A DNA stretch of 64,000 nt from NCBI GenBank assembly GCA_043228905.1, contig JBHGNT010000004.1, positions 10,788,001 through 10,852,000 of the forward strand, given 5' to 3'. Below are positions 11,901 to 22,528 of the stretch, piece by piece; the first letter of the stretch is position 1; each line of letters starts with the position of its first letter. Position numbers and translations under genes: made by a program. The notes under the pieces are model-generated. The model made no database searches. It was not told where the DNA came from and worked only from the letters and a program-made list of their open reading frames with translations. Source of the stretch: Azolla caroliniana. Taxonomy: Eukaryota; Plantae; Polypodiophyta.

Positions 11901-14858
11901 AAGGACGAATCAAAGCCGGTTCACATCGCCAAAGAAATGAAGCCGGAAGATAAAGCGGCGATGATCAAACTTCTCAAGGAGTTTCGCTACGTATTCGCCT
12001 GGTCATACGAGGACATGCGAGGGTTGGACCCTCAATTATATCAGCATCAGATCCACTTAGGCAGGGACGCGAAACCAGTGGCGCAAAGACGATACCGAAT
12101 GAACCCCAACTACGCCGCCAAAGTGAAGGAGGAAATCGACAAACTTCTAAGAGTGGGCTTCATCCGGCCGGTAAAGAAAGCGACGTGGCTGAGCCCCATC
12201 GTCGTCGTCCCCAAGAAGAACGGTAAAATCCGTGTGTGTGTAGATTACAGGAAACTAAATGCCGCCACAATTACGGATGCATTCCCTCTTCCGTTCACGG
12301 ATGGAGTACTGGATGCCGTCGCCGGTCATGAAGTTTATAGCTTTCTAGACGGGTTCAGCGGGTACAATCAAATCCGGATGCACCCGGACGACCAGGAGAA
12401 GACAGCGTTCGTCACCGAATGGGGGGTGTTTGTGGCCGAAGTCATGATGTTCGGCCTAAAAACGGCACCAGCAACTTTCCAGCGAATCATCATGGAGATC
12501 TTCGGAGAATACATCCCGGCCTTCATGCAAGTTTTCCTGGATGATTTTGCAGTTTATAGCCGGGGTAAAGACCATTTGCAGCACCTACGGTTATGCCTTG
12601 AAAAGTGTAGGTTGTACCGGCTAAGCTTAAACCCAGCGAAATGCATCTTTGGAGTCTCAAGTGGAATATTGCTGGGACACATTGTCAGTAAGGAGGGCAT
12701 TGCGGTCGACCCGGACAAAGTAAACGCCATACTAGGGGCACCGGCACCGAAAACAGCCAAAGCACTAAGCCGATTCTTAGGACAGATCCGGTGGCACAGC
12801 CGGATGCTCCGTCACTTGGCTGATTTGGCTACACCATTACACACCGCGGTACATCGGACACCGTTCCAATGGACGGATACGGAGGATAAGGCATACAATG
12901 CCCTGAAGGTACTTTTATCGCAAGCACCCGTCGTGCAGCCTCCGGATTGGAGCAAGGAATTTCACGTGTTCGTGGACGCGTCCGACATCGCTATTGGCAG
13001 CGCCTTAATGCAGCTTACGGAGCCCAAATGGTACCGGCCGGTATATTACGCCAGCCGGAAGCTGTCCCAAGCGGAAAAGAACTATTCAACGACAGAACGG
13101 GAGGCCCTCGGCATGATCTACAGTGTCACAAAGTTTCGGCACTACCTATTGGGAAGGAAGTTCTCCTTTCATGTGGATCACTCGGCGCTTCTGTACTTAG
13201 TGTCCAAGGCGTCCCTAACCGGTAAGTTGGCTCGTTGGACCTTGCTGTTGCAGGAGTTCGAATTCGAGATTTTCCACCGTCCCGGTATCCAGCATGCCGT
13301 AGCAGACTACCTGAGCCGGTTAGAGTCCGGAGAACCAGGCGACGGAGTAGCGGATGAATTCCCGGACGCGGAGTTATTCCGTATCACCCCGGAAACGGCA
13401 GCGGACGACACGGTGGCATCAGAAGATAAATGGCTGACAAACATGCACCAGTTCCTAAGCATGGGCCTGCCACCGGAGGAAATGAACCGGGACGAGAGGA
13501 AACGACTGGCGGTGCAGAGCCGCAATTTCTGTCTCTTACGGGACACTCTCTACCACAAAGGAGCAGATGGAATATGGAGACGGGCAGTCCGTAGTGACGA
13601 GAAAGAAGTAATCTTACGGGAAGCACACTGTGGGGTTGCCGGAGGACACTATGCCGGGGAAGCGACGGCAAGAAAGGTATGGCAGAGCGGCTTATGGTGG
13701 CCCACGACGCTAAAAGATGCCGTCAAGTATGCTAAGGAATGTGACCTATGCCAACGAATGGGCCAGCCTACGGAGCAAGCACGGATGCCACACCAACCGG
13801 TACTTCCACTAGAGCCATTCCAGAAGTGGGGATTGGATTTTGTCGGACCGTTCAAGCCACCGGCAATGAGAACGGGTAATCGTTATGTCATCGTGGCAAC
13901 GGATTATTGCACGAAATGGGTGGAAGCTAAAGCCCTGAGAGACAACTCCGCGTCATCCACAGCAAAATTCCTGTACGAGAACATTTGGTGCCGATATGGA
14001 TGTCCGATTGAACTGATCAGCGACCAAGGAGGGCATTTCCTCGGCCAGGTAGTGGAAAGCTTAACAACGTTCTATGCTGTGGTCCATAAAAGAAGCACAC
14101 CGTACTACCCACAGGCGAACGGGTTAGCAGAGTCCACCAACAAAACGCTGCAGAACATTCTCCGCAAAATTGTCAATGAAAACCGGACGGACTGGGACAC
14201 AAAGCTCCATAGTGCGCTATGGGCGTACAGAACGGCATACAAAACGAGTATCCGGACAACGCCATTCCGGTTAGCATTCGGCTTAGAAGCGGTCATGCCG
14301 GTCGAGTTTCAGGTACCAAGCTTACGGATCCAACTACGGGAACGGCTGAATGAAAAGAAGTCGGAGGAAATGCGGCTAGCAGCACTATGCGAACTAGAGG
14401 AGCAACGGTTGGCCAGCATCCTCCACATGGAACTGGAGCAACGACGACGGAAAGCGTTCGTTGACCGTCACCGGAAAGGTAATGAGAAGATGTTCGAAAT
14501 CGGGAAGCCAGTGCTAGTATTCCAAACGAGGATGGGCAAGATGCCGGGTAAACTCCGGTTCAGATGGACAGGCCCGTATTGGCTGACACGAGAATACAAC
14601 GGGTCCTATCAGATAGGGACACTTGCCGGGGAAGTACTGGGCAAGTGGGTGAATGGATTTCGACTAAAGCCCTATAAAGGACCGATGCCAAAGAACCCGT
14701 TTATGCAGCTCACCGGCACTACACCAGGAACCTGTCCGGGATCGGTACGAATTGATCCGGAAGAAAAAGACGACGGGGAACCCGTAGTAAATACGAAGGA
14801 AGACACGGCAACCCGTAAGGAAAACGGTCAGGGTCCGAAGGGACCTACGGATGTGTAA
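8994..14858 (+). CDS. Gag-Pol polyprotein, 1954 aa (gag, 3 CCHC knuckles, aspartic protease, RT, RNase H, integrase with GPY/F)
   Basis: CTICLNAGHSAVEC, CVICQSKSHTTDRC, CYYCRQEGHYSNQC; VIDGGSG; MFGLKTAPATFQ / FLDD; VDAS..EREAL..VDH..ADYLSR; HCG..H..CDLC, GLDF, SDQG, AES; WTGPY. No chromodomain seen. Confidence 0.97.
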   Translation: MTRPTHDLVTDRARRIAERQRRRETFQQAAQEIRSDRSFSNEIRRVAEESLRLRQTRNQDDGSSLSSLRETERLLEALASGENEAEAFSAYESDSEGGYSVHTNYRSSNDTPGGPEDDGSDNVPTPEPEPLNQGHPEPQTEAVNPPTPEVEQAKPPTPTKGPAKVPEEEPEKEPEEGPAKEPEVEPEKEPEKYQQTPLNRGLILDDDMPFQYSKYRDDPDAEAHVDDFEQTWEANHTSQRMTPEEEERSKIAEFGVTLEGPATRWRRSQDPATITTFAELKAKFLHFFHKEVDQTTMVGLFYTIRQEAGESIPQFVIRFQRMHSQLARAPPEEELRTIFLNALREPLRTVCTVIDFRGCTIDQVIDRVREMEKTSSWLTLGTLQRALPTEEDLRFRQAIQCTICLNAGHSAVECTMRTQCVICQSKSHTTDRCEYNLLNRQAPPVRRIEPRSSRDEDDDRWQRGNRYPPAQDVRYGDRQENDGRFGNRRDNYDRYERSDRYREPNRRHEQYDRDHSPGYRRHQEDYGRCYDPPRPDYRNKHKNNKKRNFKKGGHPRDPEHGIPRSQPAQNPPLATGPTPATSNAESSNTRKEYCYYCRQEGHYSNQCPVKSYEKRPAVNMVVPEVTDVQQVTTRSKGMAKEWETQEAIRRQATEWVKEANEKNVADAERQKANTIGSAGGSHPENETWQALQECQITLPLGRLLQLVPRFTEGLKTGVTDGIAPPAPVLFSNPEEGPTVVDTSSPVITAIVKGHELPGTVIDGGSGVNVISLRTCDALGIHEWEPCPFWLRMADTSSVRPTGLIRKLEVTIGGHTFHISAVVLQLQAQGAYPLLLGRPWLKTAHIKQNWRKNMITFRRGKAKVRVPTQPRTSNGKEYTPLYAECVNMLEGLADDEEAQYLEEHPKIVPLFEIDVAEAVAPYLPQRDDTEAEPDKDAIRELRQAQEALEREMAVSQRVKASQLDEVNLGSKDESKPVHIAKEMKPEDKAAMIKLLKEFRYVFAWSYEDMRGLDPQLYQHQIHLGRDAKPVAQRRYRMNPNYAAKVKEEIDKLLRVGFIRPVKKATWLSPIVVVPKKNGKIRVCVDYRKLNAATITDAFPLPFTDGVLDAVAGHEVYSFLDGFSGYNQIRMHPDDQEKTAFVTEWGVFVAEVMMFGLKTAPATFQRIIMEIFGEYIPAFMQVFLDDFAVYSRGKDHLQHLRLCLEKCRLYRLSLNPAKCIFGVSSGILLGHIVSKEGIAVDPDKVNAILGAPAPKTAKALSRFLGQIRWHSRMLRHLADLATPLHTAVHRTPFQWTDTEDKAYNALKVLLSQAPVVQPPDWSKEFHVFVDASDIAIGSALMQLTEPKWYRPVYYASRKLSQAEKNYSTTEREALGMIYSVTKFRHYLLGRKFSFHVDHSALLYLVSKASLTGKLARWTLLLQEFEFEIFHRPGIQHAVADYLSRLESGEPGDGVADEFPDAELFRITPETAADDTVASEDKWLTNMHQFLSMGLPPEEMNRDERKRLAVQSRNFCLLRDTLYHKGADGIWRRAVRSDEKEVILREAHCGVAGGHYAGEATARKVWQSGLWWPTTLKDAVKYAKECDLCQRMGQPTEQARMPHQPVLPLEPFQKWGLDFVGPFKPPAMRTGNRYVIVATDYCTKWVEAKALRDNSASSTAKFLYENIWCRYGCPIELISDQGGHFLGQVVESLTTFYAVVHKRSTPYYPQANGLAESTNKTLQNILRKIVNENRTDWDTKLHSALWAYRTAYKTSIRTTPFRLAFGLEAVMPVEFQVPSLRIQLRERLNEKKSEEMRLAALCELEEQRLASILHMELEQRRRKAFVDRHRKGNEKMFEIGKPVLVFQTRMGKMPGKLRFRWTGPYWLTREYNGSYQIGTLAGEVLGKWVNGFRLKPYKGPMPKNPFMQLTGTTPGTCPGSVRIDPEEKDDGEPVVNTKEDTATRKENGQGPKGPTDV

Positions 14859-15257
14859 GGTCACACACCGTCATTAAAAATTAAAATTAAAAAAAAAAAA
14901 TAAAAAAAAATAAAAAAAAAATAAAAAAAATCATTAAAAATCGAGGTATGAACGGGTGTGAAAGCGAGGCGCGAAAAGGTACGTAGTGGGCATTTAAGAG
15001 ACGCCACGCCACTTAATACTAAATTAGTACACGACGTGTGCATGCTCGAAAAAGGCGCCAAAACGCACAAAGAAGAAACAGAGCGCATGGAGACCTTCTT
15101 TTTTCGCGAGCCAAGAAGCACAGAAGCACCAAGGCAGTGGAAGCTGAGCAAACGCGAACCTGCACGCAGAGAACCCCCGCGCTCAGAACGCTCTCTCTCT
15201 CGCTCTCACTCTCATCACCACTCTACTTCGCCATCTTCCCTCGACCTTGAAGCAGAC

Positions 15258-17933
15258 ATGGAACCACAAACGCTGTCGGAAGCGGCCAGGAAATGGTTCA
15301 GGCAAAACGGACTGGAGGGGTTCTTGGCCATCATGGAGGCACCGCCGCACAGAGAAGCAGACCGGGTCATCAAGGAGCTCGCCACAGAGGTCATCACCGA
15401 GGAAGCGATCCGCGCGCTAACAGGCCTTCCGGAGGGAGGAATCTTTCAGATCGATAACCCAACCTCGGAGCAACTCACCCGATATTTCGGTGAGTACTCT
15501 GTTGCCGGCAAAGGCTATCGGACGCAGGGCGGCGAAGATCAGCTATTCAGGGAGATAGCTCGAGTGCTCCACGAGTACGGTCACGTGTACCCCCGACCCC
15601 CTGTCATGCCAAAAAATCGGGCAGGGATGATCATAGCCACCTATGAAGGGGTCAAGGTGGACTGGCCGGTGCTGATTGCAGACGGGTTGTGCATGGCAAT
15701 CGACATGGTACGAGGGAAGGACGGCAAGGAGGGCCGGAAGCTGTGGCACGCCGTAGCTCAATGGATCACATTGCTCGTGCCGCCGGTCGAGACCGTCCAG
15801 CCAAAGAAGCGGCCAAGAGTATCGGAAGGAAGCACCTCGAAGCCGGCGTCCAAACGTCAGCAGCTGCTGGCGTCGAGGGCGACGAAAGGGAAGAAACGGG
15901 TCCCAGAACCGGAGGAGGTGTCACCGGTCCGACCCGTCAAAATAACCTTACGGAGACCGGCACAGAAGGAACCGGAACCCTTGACGGCACAGAAACATGC
16001 CGTGACATAGGAGGAGGAAACGGAGGAGCCAGAAGAGCACCTTCAACGACGGCCAAGAAGTAGGACCGCCGAGACAGGAGGGGAGCGGTCGTACCCGCGA
16101 GAGGCAGAAACGCCCCCAACTCAACCTGAGCAAACCACAAGGGAAGAACCGGAACCGGTGCGTAGGGAACCGGTCTTGTCGACTTCTATAGAAGAAGTCA
16201 GTCCAACGGCTCCGGAGACGGCGAGAACCGGAACTCAACAGCCGGCGAGCCCAGCCAGAGCACACGGCGGCCAAGGAGCAGAACCAGAACGGCATATGCA
16301 GGCACTCAGGCCAGACAATTCCACAGGGAATGAGCCGACCCGACCAGTACAGCAACAAGGCACCAGTAGCATGTGGCTACGGTGGGTAGGCGAGCAAATC
16401 GCCGGAGTGGTCGAGTATATAGAGGCGGAAGAGAGAGCGCACCAGGAACGGTTGCTCGTCACAACCGTAGATCTAGAGACGGCCCGGTCCAGAATCCGGA
16501 GCCTTGAACAAGACTTGGACAGGGTCACAAGGGAAACACAAGTCCAAGCACCGGTGACTCCGGGCAATGTACAGAATAAAGAGGATCAACCTGTACATAG
16601 CAATCAGACCCCGGCAACGGAAACCGTTCCGGAGAAAAATGCGGCACAAGCCCAAGAGCTTGCGGATTTAAAGGATGAGCTTGCTGCCCAAGAAGCGCTG
16701 AGGAGCCGCGAAAGAGAACTGAAAACGGCAGCGGAGGCAGAACTCAAAAAGACTGCTGAGAATCTACGCTGGGCCGAGGAGAGCTTACGGAAAGGCCACC
16801 AAGCGTACGACCGGCTCAAGGAGGAGAAGGAGAAAATGCTGCAAGAGAAGGAGAAACTCCGGAGGAACGCCGAAACAGAAGTAGAGCGCCTGAAAGAGGA
16901 ACTCCGGCAGGTAAAGGACCGGGAGGACCGGAACCATCGCCAGATCAACGGCAAGCTCAAACTAAAAACAGAGGAATTTGAGAACTTGCACCGGGAGTAT
17001 AAACGGTTGCAAACGGAGCACAAGGAACGGATGGATGAGCTCCGGCAAGCAGTTGATCGGACCGCAACCGCATTCGCCAAGGAACAAGCGGAAAACAGAA
17101 GACGGTTGGAAGAGGCGGAGAAGGTTCGGACAGAGCTCCTCAGGCAACAGCAGGCGGAAAAAGAAAGAGCGGCGGAGGTACTGCAGAGGCTGCAAACGAC
17201 ATATCAAGGGCAGCTGACGCGCTACCGAGAGCAGGCGGAGGATACGGCAAACCTCATCAAGCAGTTGAAGGAGGAGCGACAAGTGGTGGAAAGCAGAGCA
17301 CAGATGGGAGCAAGTCGCATCCAGGATATAATGCGGGCCTGGTTGAACCAGACCAAGAGCTTGATTGACAACGGCTCCGTCAAATGGTGGACCAAGTGGG
17401 CCACAAACGCGGCGGAACTCCAATTGCTCCGGGCTGACGTAGAGAACCGGCGGAAGGAGGGAGATGATTGCTATATGCTGAATTCTGAAGACTTCACCGG
17501 CATAAGAGATGAGCTGGCCGAAGACTTTCAAGCCTTGGCGGAGGACCAACTAGAGCAAGTCCGGCAACTTGTAGCTCAGCTGGACGACGACAGGCTGGAG
17601 GCGCAGATCCAGTTTGAAAGTTACGAGAGGTCCCGGATCCGGGGAGAGAAAGAACGAGAACCAGTTACGGTCAACCTCAGTGATGAGGAACCGTTACTGG
17701 AAGGAGACCGGACCGGAAGCAGTCAAACGGAGATGCCGGAGTCAGAGAGACAAACGGAGCAGCCGGAGTCAGCGAAACAAACGGAGCAGCAGCAGCAAGC
17801 AGAGCAGCCGGAGCAACCTCAGTCCCAACCGCAACCACAGCAGCAGCAGCAAGCAAAGCCGCAACAACCACAACCGGAAGAACAAGCGGAAATTCTTGAA
17901 CAAAGTAATTTGGACAATTTGGGTGAACAATGA
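15258..17933 (+). CDS. Extra retrotransposon ORF (~891 codons; globular N-terminus, disordered middle, long coiled coil, Q-rich tail) with one in-frame TAG at 16008-16010
   Basis: ORFs 14958-16010 and 16158-17933 share a frame, and the sequence between them is open. The ATG (MEPQ) is matched by MEPM/MDHM in the two decayed copies. Confidence 0.8.
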
Positions 17934-17966
17934 AGGGGCCGAGAAGGGTTCGACGTACAAGGTACT

Positions 17967-17983
17967 GTCCCACGGGCGTGCCA
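17967..17983 (-). promoter_or_regulatory. Inverted PBS-like site TGGCACGCCCGTGGGAC (tRNA-Arg UCU-type) at the position normally held by the PPT
   Basis: Lies 2 nt from the 3' LTR; no purine run is adjacent; identical at 37146-37162 in a diverged copy. Confidence 0.8.
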
Positions 17984-17985
17984 TG

Positions 17986-18405
17986 TGTTACCGGCCGGCA
18001 AGGAGTCCAAAATACGGAGTGAAGGAATTAATTAGATATGGTTGTATATGAGCATAGTGTGGACGGACGGACTGGAAACGGTATGCCGTTCCAGATCCGG
18101 ACAGATTCCGAATAGGTGCGAGAGGCACCGTTTTGTACTACGGGCCGGAAACCTATTTAAAGGCCCGGACCCTATTGTAATGACAGCGGATAATTAATAG
18201 AGATTCTGATGTTTATACTTCTGTCTTGATTTCCGTTCTGTAATCACTGTTATATCTTACGCGTGTAATTAACCAAAGCAATCTAATTGTGTAACCTACG
18301 TAAGTCGGTGTAATCGTTGAATCTTAATCCTATGCCGTAATCACCCTTTGGTGAAGTGTCTCCGTGACACCTTGTGTTAGGCCTTGTCCGGCTAAGCGAA
18401 TAACA
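17986..18405 (+). repeat. 3' LTR
   Basis: Direct repeat of 8523-8942, followed by TSD atctc. Confidence 0.97.
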
Positions 18406-18960
18406 ATCTCAAGGAGACATTGAGTGTTTTTAATATTGATAAAAATGTGATAAAATAACTTAACAAGGACACAACATAGAATTCCCCATTCAACAATGAT
18501 CAATTGTTTTAGATAGTCACAACAAGGCTTTTGAGTTTAAAAATGTTGAGAACCAAACTCAACTTCCCTAGTGTGGGAACACACCCTAGTATGTGAACAC
18601 CCCACCATCTACTATAGTAACTAGTGTGTCATAGAATCTTATAGTTCTATGACACATATTCAATGTAGTTAAGTCTCCACCTCGCCTCAGTTAAGAGGTG
18701 GTTGTAGAAAGAGAATATAAAGAGAAGGTGACTACATAAGCACATTCCCACCTTATTTGTAATTGTTGGTCATTCTTGTAATCTTTCTTTTGATAATATA
18801 GTCTTTACTTGTTTTCTGTATACTTGAGCTCTCTCTCTCTCTCTCACTCTCTCTCTCTCTCTCTCTCTCTCACATACACACATCTCTTCCTACGTTCACA
18901 AAGAACCAACTGATTGTTGCAGCAATCTCTGCACATTCCATATCATGAAGAAGAGTCAAC

Positions 18961-19707
18961 ATGAACATCCAGATGGGAAATGCTCTTCCTACTGAGAAGC
19001 TCGACAGAAACAACTTTGCATCTTGGGAGTACAAGATGCTCCAATACTTTGTCGCCCAAGGCTATTGGGGCTACATCAAAGGAGCGCAAGAAACGCAACC
19101 CAACTCGACACATGCCGACTACCCAACCTGGGAGCAAGTTGTGAGCCGTGTGTTGTACTACCTTGCATCATGTGTACATGATCACATGCTCGGCTACATT
19201 CGAGAGGCAAAAACGTTGAAGGAGGCATGGGGGAACCTCAAGAAAATCTTCGCAGCCAATACGGCTGCTCGCAAACTTCAACTCCGACAGGAGTTGAACA
19301 GTATTCAACAGAGGGTCATGTCAACCGGCATCGACACCTTGAAAATGAAGGAGTTGTGTGATGCCCTCAGGTCGATCAATGTCAACAGTGAGGACAATGA
19401 AATAGTGCAAATATGCCTCGAAGGCTTGGCACCTTGGTTCAGGGTAATCAGGTCGGTTGTTCTCACGAGAGAGAATCCTCCCTCCTTCTTCGATCTTCAA
19501 TCAATGTTACTAGTCGAAGAGAATCACGTCCGAGCAAGGAGCAATGTGCAAGAGGGACACATGTTCTATTCAAACTTGGATGGAGGAAGAGGACAAGGTC
19601 GTGGCAGAAGAGGCCCACTCGGCCACGTCGGACACAACCAAGTGCAGTCCCATGAGCACAACTTCTACTACTGGCAAGAAGCCACATCCCATGTAGATTG
19701 GTTTTGA
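18961..19707 (+). pseudogene. Copia gag (UBN2-type) remnant
   Basis: KLDRNNFASWEYKM...EAWGNLKKIF...LQLRQEL...SFFDLQSMLL; frameshifted downstream. Confidence 0.85.
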
Positions 19708-20850
19708 GAACTCCGAAAACCCGATCGACTCGGCTATGCTGAAACTGAGGATGACACAATACACCCCATTTGGCATGTCGGCAATGTTCCATTTGGCAAA
19801 GAAGGGAATGACACCTACATAAAAAATATCTTGCATTTTCCAATAATAACGAAGAAGTTAGTCTCGGTCAGCCAGATCATGGAACAAGGCATGCAAGTTC
19901 GGTTCAACAATGGAGGGTGCTTCATCGAAAAGAAAGGCCAAATTATCGCTCATGGTTGAAGATAAGGCCGAATGTTCATCCTCGACTCTCACGAGATGAA
20001 ATCGGTTATGTATGCAATGAGCTGGAAAGTCAACACCGACATAGAGTTGTGGCACAAACGAATCGGCCACATCAATCTCCAAAGACTTAAAGGGATGCAG
20101 TCGAAAGGAGTCGTCATCAGACTCCTGATCCTTACCGAGAAGGAAACGACAGGTGTATGCGAAGCCACTCAATTAAGCAAACAACATCGACAACTATTCC
20201 TGAAAGAAAGGAACGTGAGCAAAGGGACCCTGGATGTAGTTCATTCAGATGTATCGGAATTGGCCTAGATGGCAACATTCGGTGGTTGTTGTTACTACGT
20301 GACATTCATCGACGACTTCTCCAGGCATACTTAGATTTACCCTATGAGGCAAAAGAGTGAAGTGTTCGGACACTTCCAAAAGTTCAAGAATGAAGTCGAA
20401 AAGGCAACCGGTTGGCATGTTTGATGCCTTCGATTTGATGGTGGCAAGGAATATTTCTCGGACAAATTTACAACGTACCTCCGAAAGGAAGGAATTCACC
20501 GAGAATTCTCGTGCCGACACACACCTCACCAAAACGGCGTAGCTGAACGTAAAAATCAGCGTATATTGGAGGTGGCGAGAGCAAGGATGAACGAAAAGAA
20601 CCTGTCGAAATCGTATTGGGTTGAAGCGGTGAACACGACCGTCTATCTAATGAACTGGTGCATGACATCTGGAGTGCATGATCTCATCCCCCACGAAAAG
20701 CTCTACGGAAGAAGCCGAACTTGTCCTACGTTCGGATATTCAGCTCGATCACATTCATACACACTCCCCATGGAAAGCGGCAAAAGCTTGATTTGAAATC
20801 GGAGAACTGTATCCTTGTGGGGTACTCGCTCGAACAGAAGGGGTACACAT

Positions 20851-22528
20851 TGTCATGAAAAATCCGTCACTACGTGTGGATCGTGAGGCAAAACCGCTAG
20901 GGTTCTGGACCGGAAGGATTCAAAGTTCGCACTAGCATTAGCGAGAAAGTATTTAAGATAGTTTGAAAGAGAGAGAGAGAGATTGAGATTAAGATTCCAA
21001 TTTTGAAACAGATTGAGAAAGATTGAAATGGAGAGAGAGATTAAGATTGAACGCTTGACTTTAGATTCGAGAGACAAGATTAATACATCACCAAATGGGA
21101 TTACAAGTTTCTTAATTTTCCCAAATTTTTCATTAGTTTCATTTGCTTGATTCATCCACTCTTTTATAGAGGCCCCCATGCATATGGTGCATGTGAGGGT
21201 GCAAGACATGCACATAATGCATGAAATGCATGCAATGCATGCTTGCCATTTCATCATCTAAGCTCTCATGTATGAGAATTTACATGTAAAACTATGATGA
21301 TAAAAATATAGATTCTAAGGAAATGACTTGGCTTAGTGCTAAGTATATTGCTTCTTATCTTGGAGGTGCAAGGTTCAAGCCTTGCTCATATCCCTTTTAA
21401 AACACAAAATTAGGATTTTGGTCTTGTATTTACACCGAAAATTTTCAAAACACCATGCAAGCATATTGAGGCTATATTTGTAAATAGCCCTAAGTTCATA
21501 TAAGTATAAATATGACTTAGGGCAATCACTTTAGTGGTGTGTTGTTGTTGTTGTTGTTATGTTGTTGTACAAAGAGAGAGTGACAGAGAGACAGTGTGAG
21601 ATACAGAGAAATACTCTGTTGTAACCGTCGATTGGCGAAGAAACAGAGCTCGAGGTCGTTGCCTCCAAGTCTCTTATTGTACCCTCTTTTCTTCAGAGTG
21701 ATAGTTGGAGTCTGTGGGCTCTTGTGGTTTTTCCCATTTAGGGTTTTCCACGTAAACATCTTGTGTACTCTCTTTTGTGTGTACGTCTATTCCCATTCCT
21801 GTGTTGCACTCTTATCAAAGTAATTTAAGACTCGGTCATGGCCGAGCAGTATTCCGCGTTATTCCTCTCATACTGGTATCAGAGCGAACAACACAAGAAA
21901 TGGAAGAAATGTTCGGCAACATGTTCAAGCTCACCGGCTCCAAGTACTCAGTGTGGAAATCGAAGATGAGGGATATGCTGGTGGTTAAAGATCTTTGGTT
22001 GCCGGTTCAGTTCGGGGACAAGAGACCAGATAAGATCGACGCCACAATGTGGGAGGTAATGCACATGAAGACGACGACATACATCCGGTGCTTCATCGAC
22101 ATGAGCCTCCATCCGGTTGGCCAAAACCTTTACAAGTAGTTAGACCACACCCATTCATCTAGTTAGTTTAGCTCAAGTCACCTTGACATTCTATGATATA
22201 CTCATAAACACAAAGTAAAAGATGTTGGCCCTGCTTATATACTCTGGGGTCCTTATTTGTCCTGTCTATGTGGGATATCTCGTAGTTTTGTTTTTCTCTT
22301 CTTCTTCGCAAACTTCATACCCACATAACTTGCCACTTAGTTGTTCGTTTCTTATGTGGTAAAGTGTATTCGAAAGCTCTTGAAGACCTCTATCTTTTTG
22401 TACCAAGATATTAAACTAGTATAAAATAGTATCTTCACTATTATTGTTTTATGTTGTGTGTGAAGAACCACACTTGATTTTGTACACTCCATGCAATTTT
22501 CTCACCATTGCCGAAAATCTTCATGACA
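20851..22528 (-). mobile_element. Solo-LTR-like insertion (TGTCATGAA...TTCATGACA) in the Copia integrase, carrying a nested Copia LTR-PBS-gag fragment
   Basis: 9-bp terminal inverted repeat. The host reading EQKGY|x|CFNP is split. Flanks acat/atgt fit a 4-bp ACGT TSD decayed by CpG transitions. Confidence 0.8.
21460..22110 (+). mobile_element. Copia (Tnt1/Tork-like) fragment: partial LTR, tRNA-iMet PBS, gag N-terminus
   Basis: TGGTATCAGAGC at 21874-21885; MFKLTGSKYSVWKSKMRDMLVVKDLW from 21900; LTR homologous to ~35560-35960 (minus). Confidence 0.82.

Larger units (their letters stand above)
8523..18405 (+). mobile_element. Intact, very recent non-chromoviral Ty3/Gypsy LTR retrotransposon with an extra 3' ORF
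   Basis: 420-bp LTRs at 8523-8942 and 17986-18405 (TG...CA; one mismatch seen, 8640 g vs 18103 a), perfect 5-bp TSD ATCTC, uninterrupted gag-pol. Confidence 0.98.

Noticed and set aside
17929-17948. aatgaaggggccgagaaggg as the PPT of the intact Gypsy
   Set aside because: It is ~40 nt from the LTR, interrupted by pyrimidines and not well conserved in the 37-kb copy. A PPT must abut the LTR.
9019-17984. Numerous antisense and alternative-frame ORFs over gag-pol and the extra ORF
   Set aside because: Shadows of GC-rich coding sequence with no motifs.
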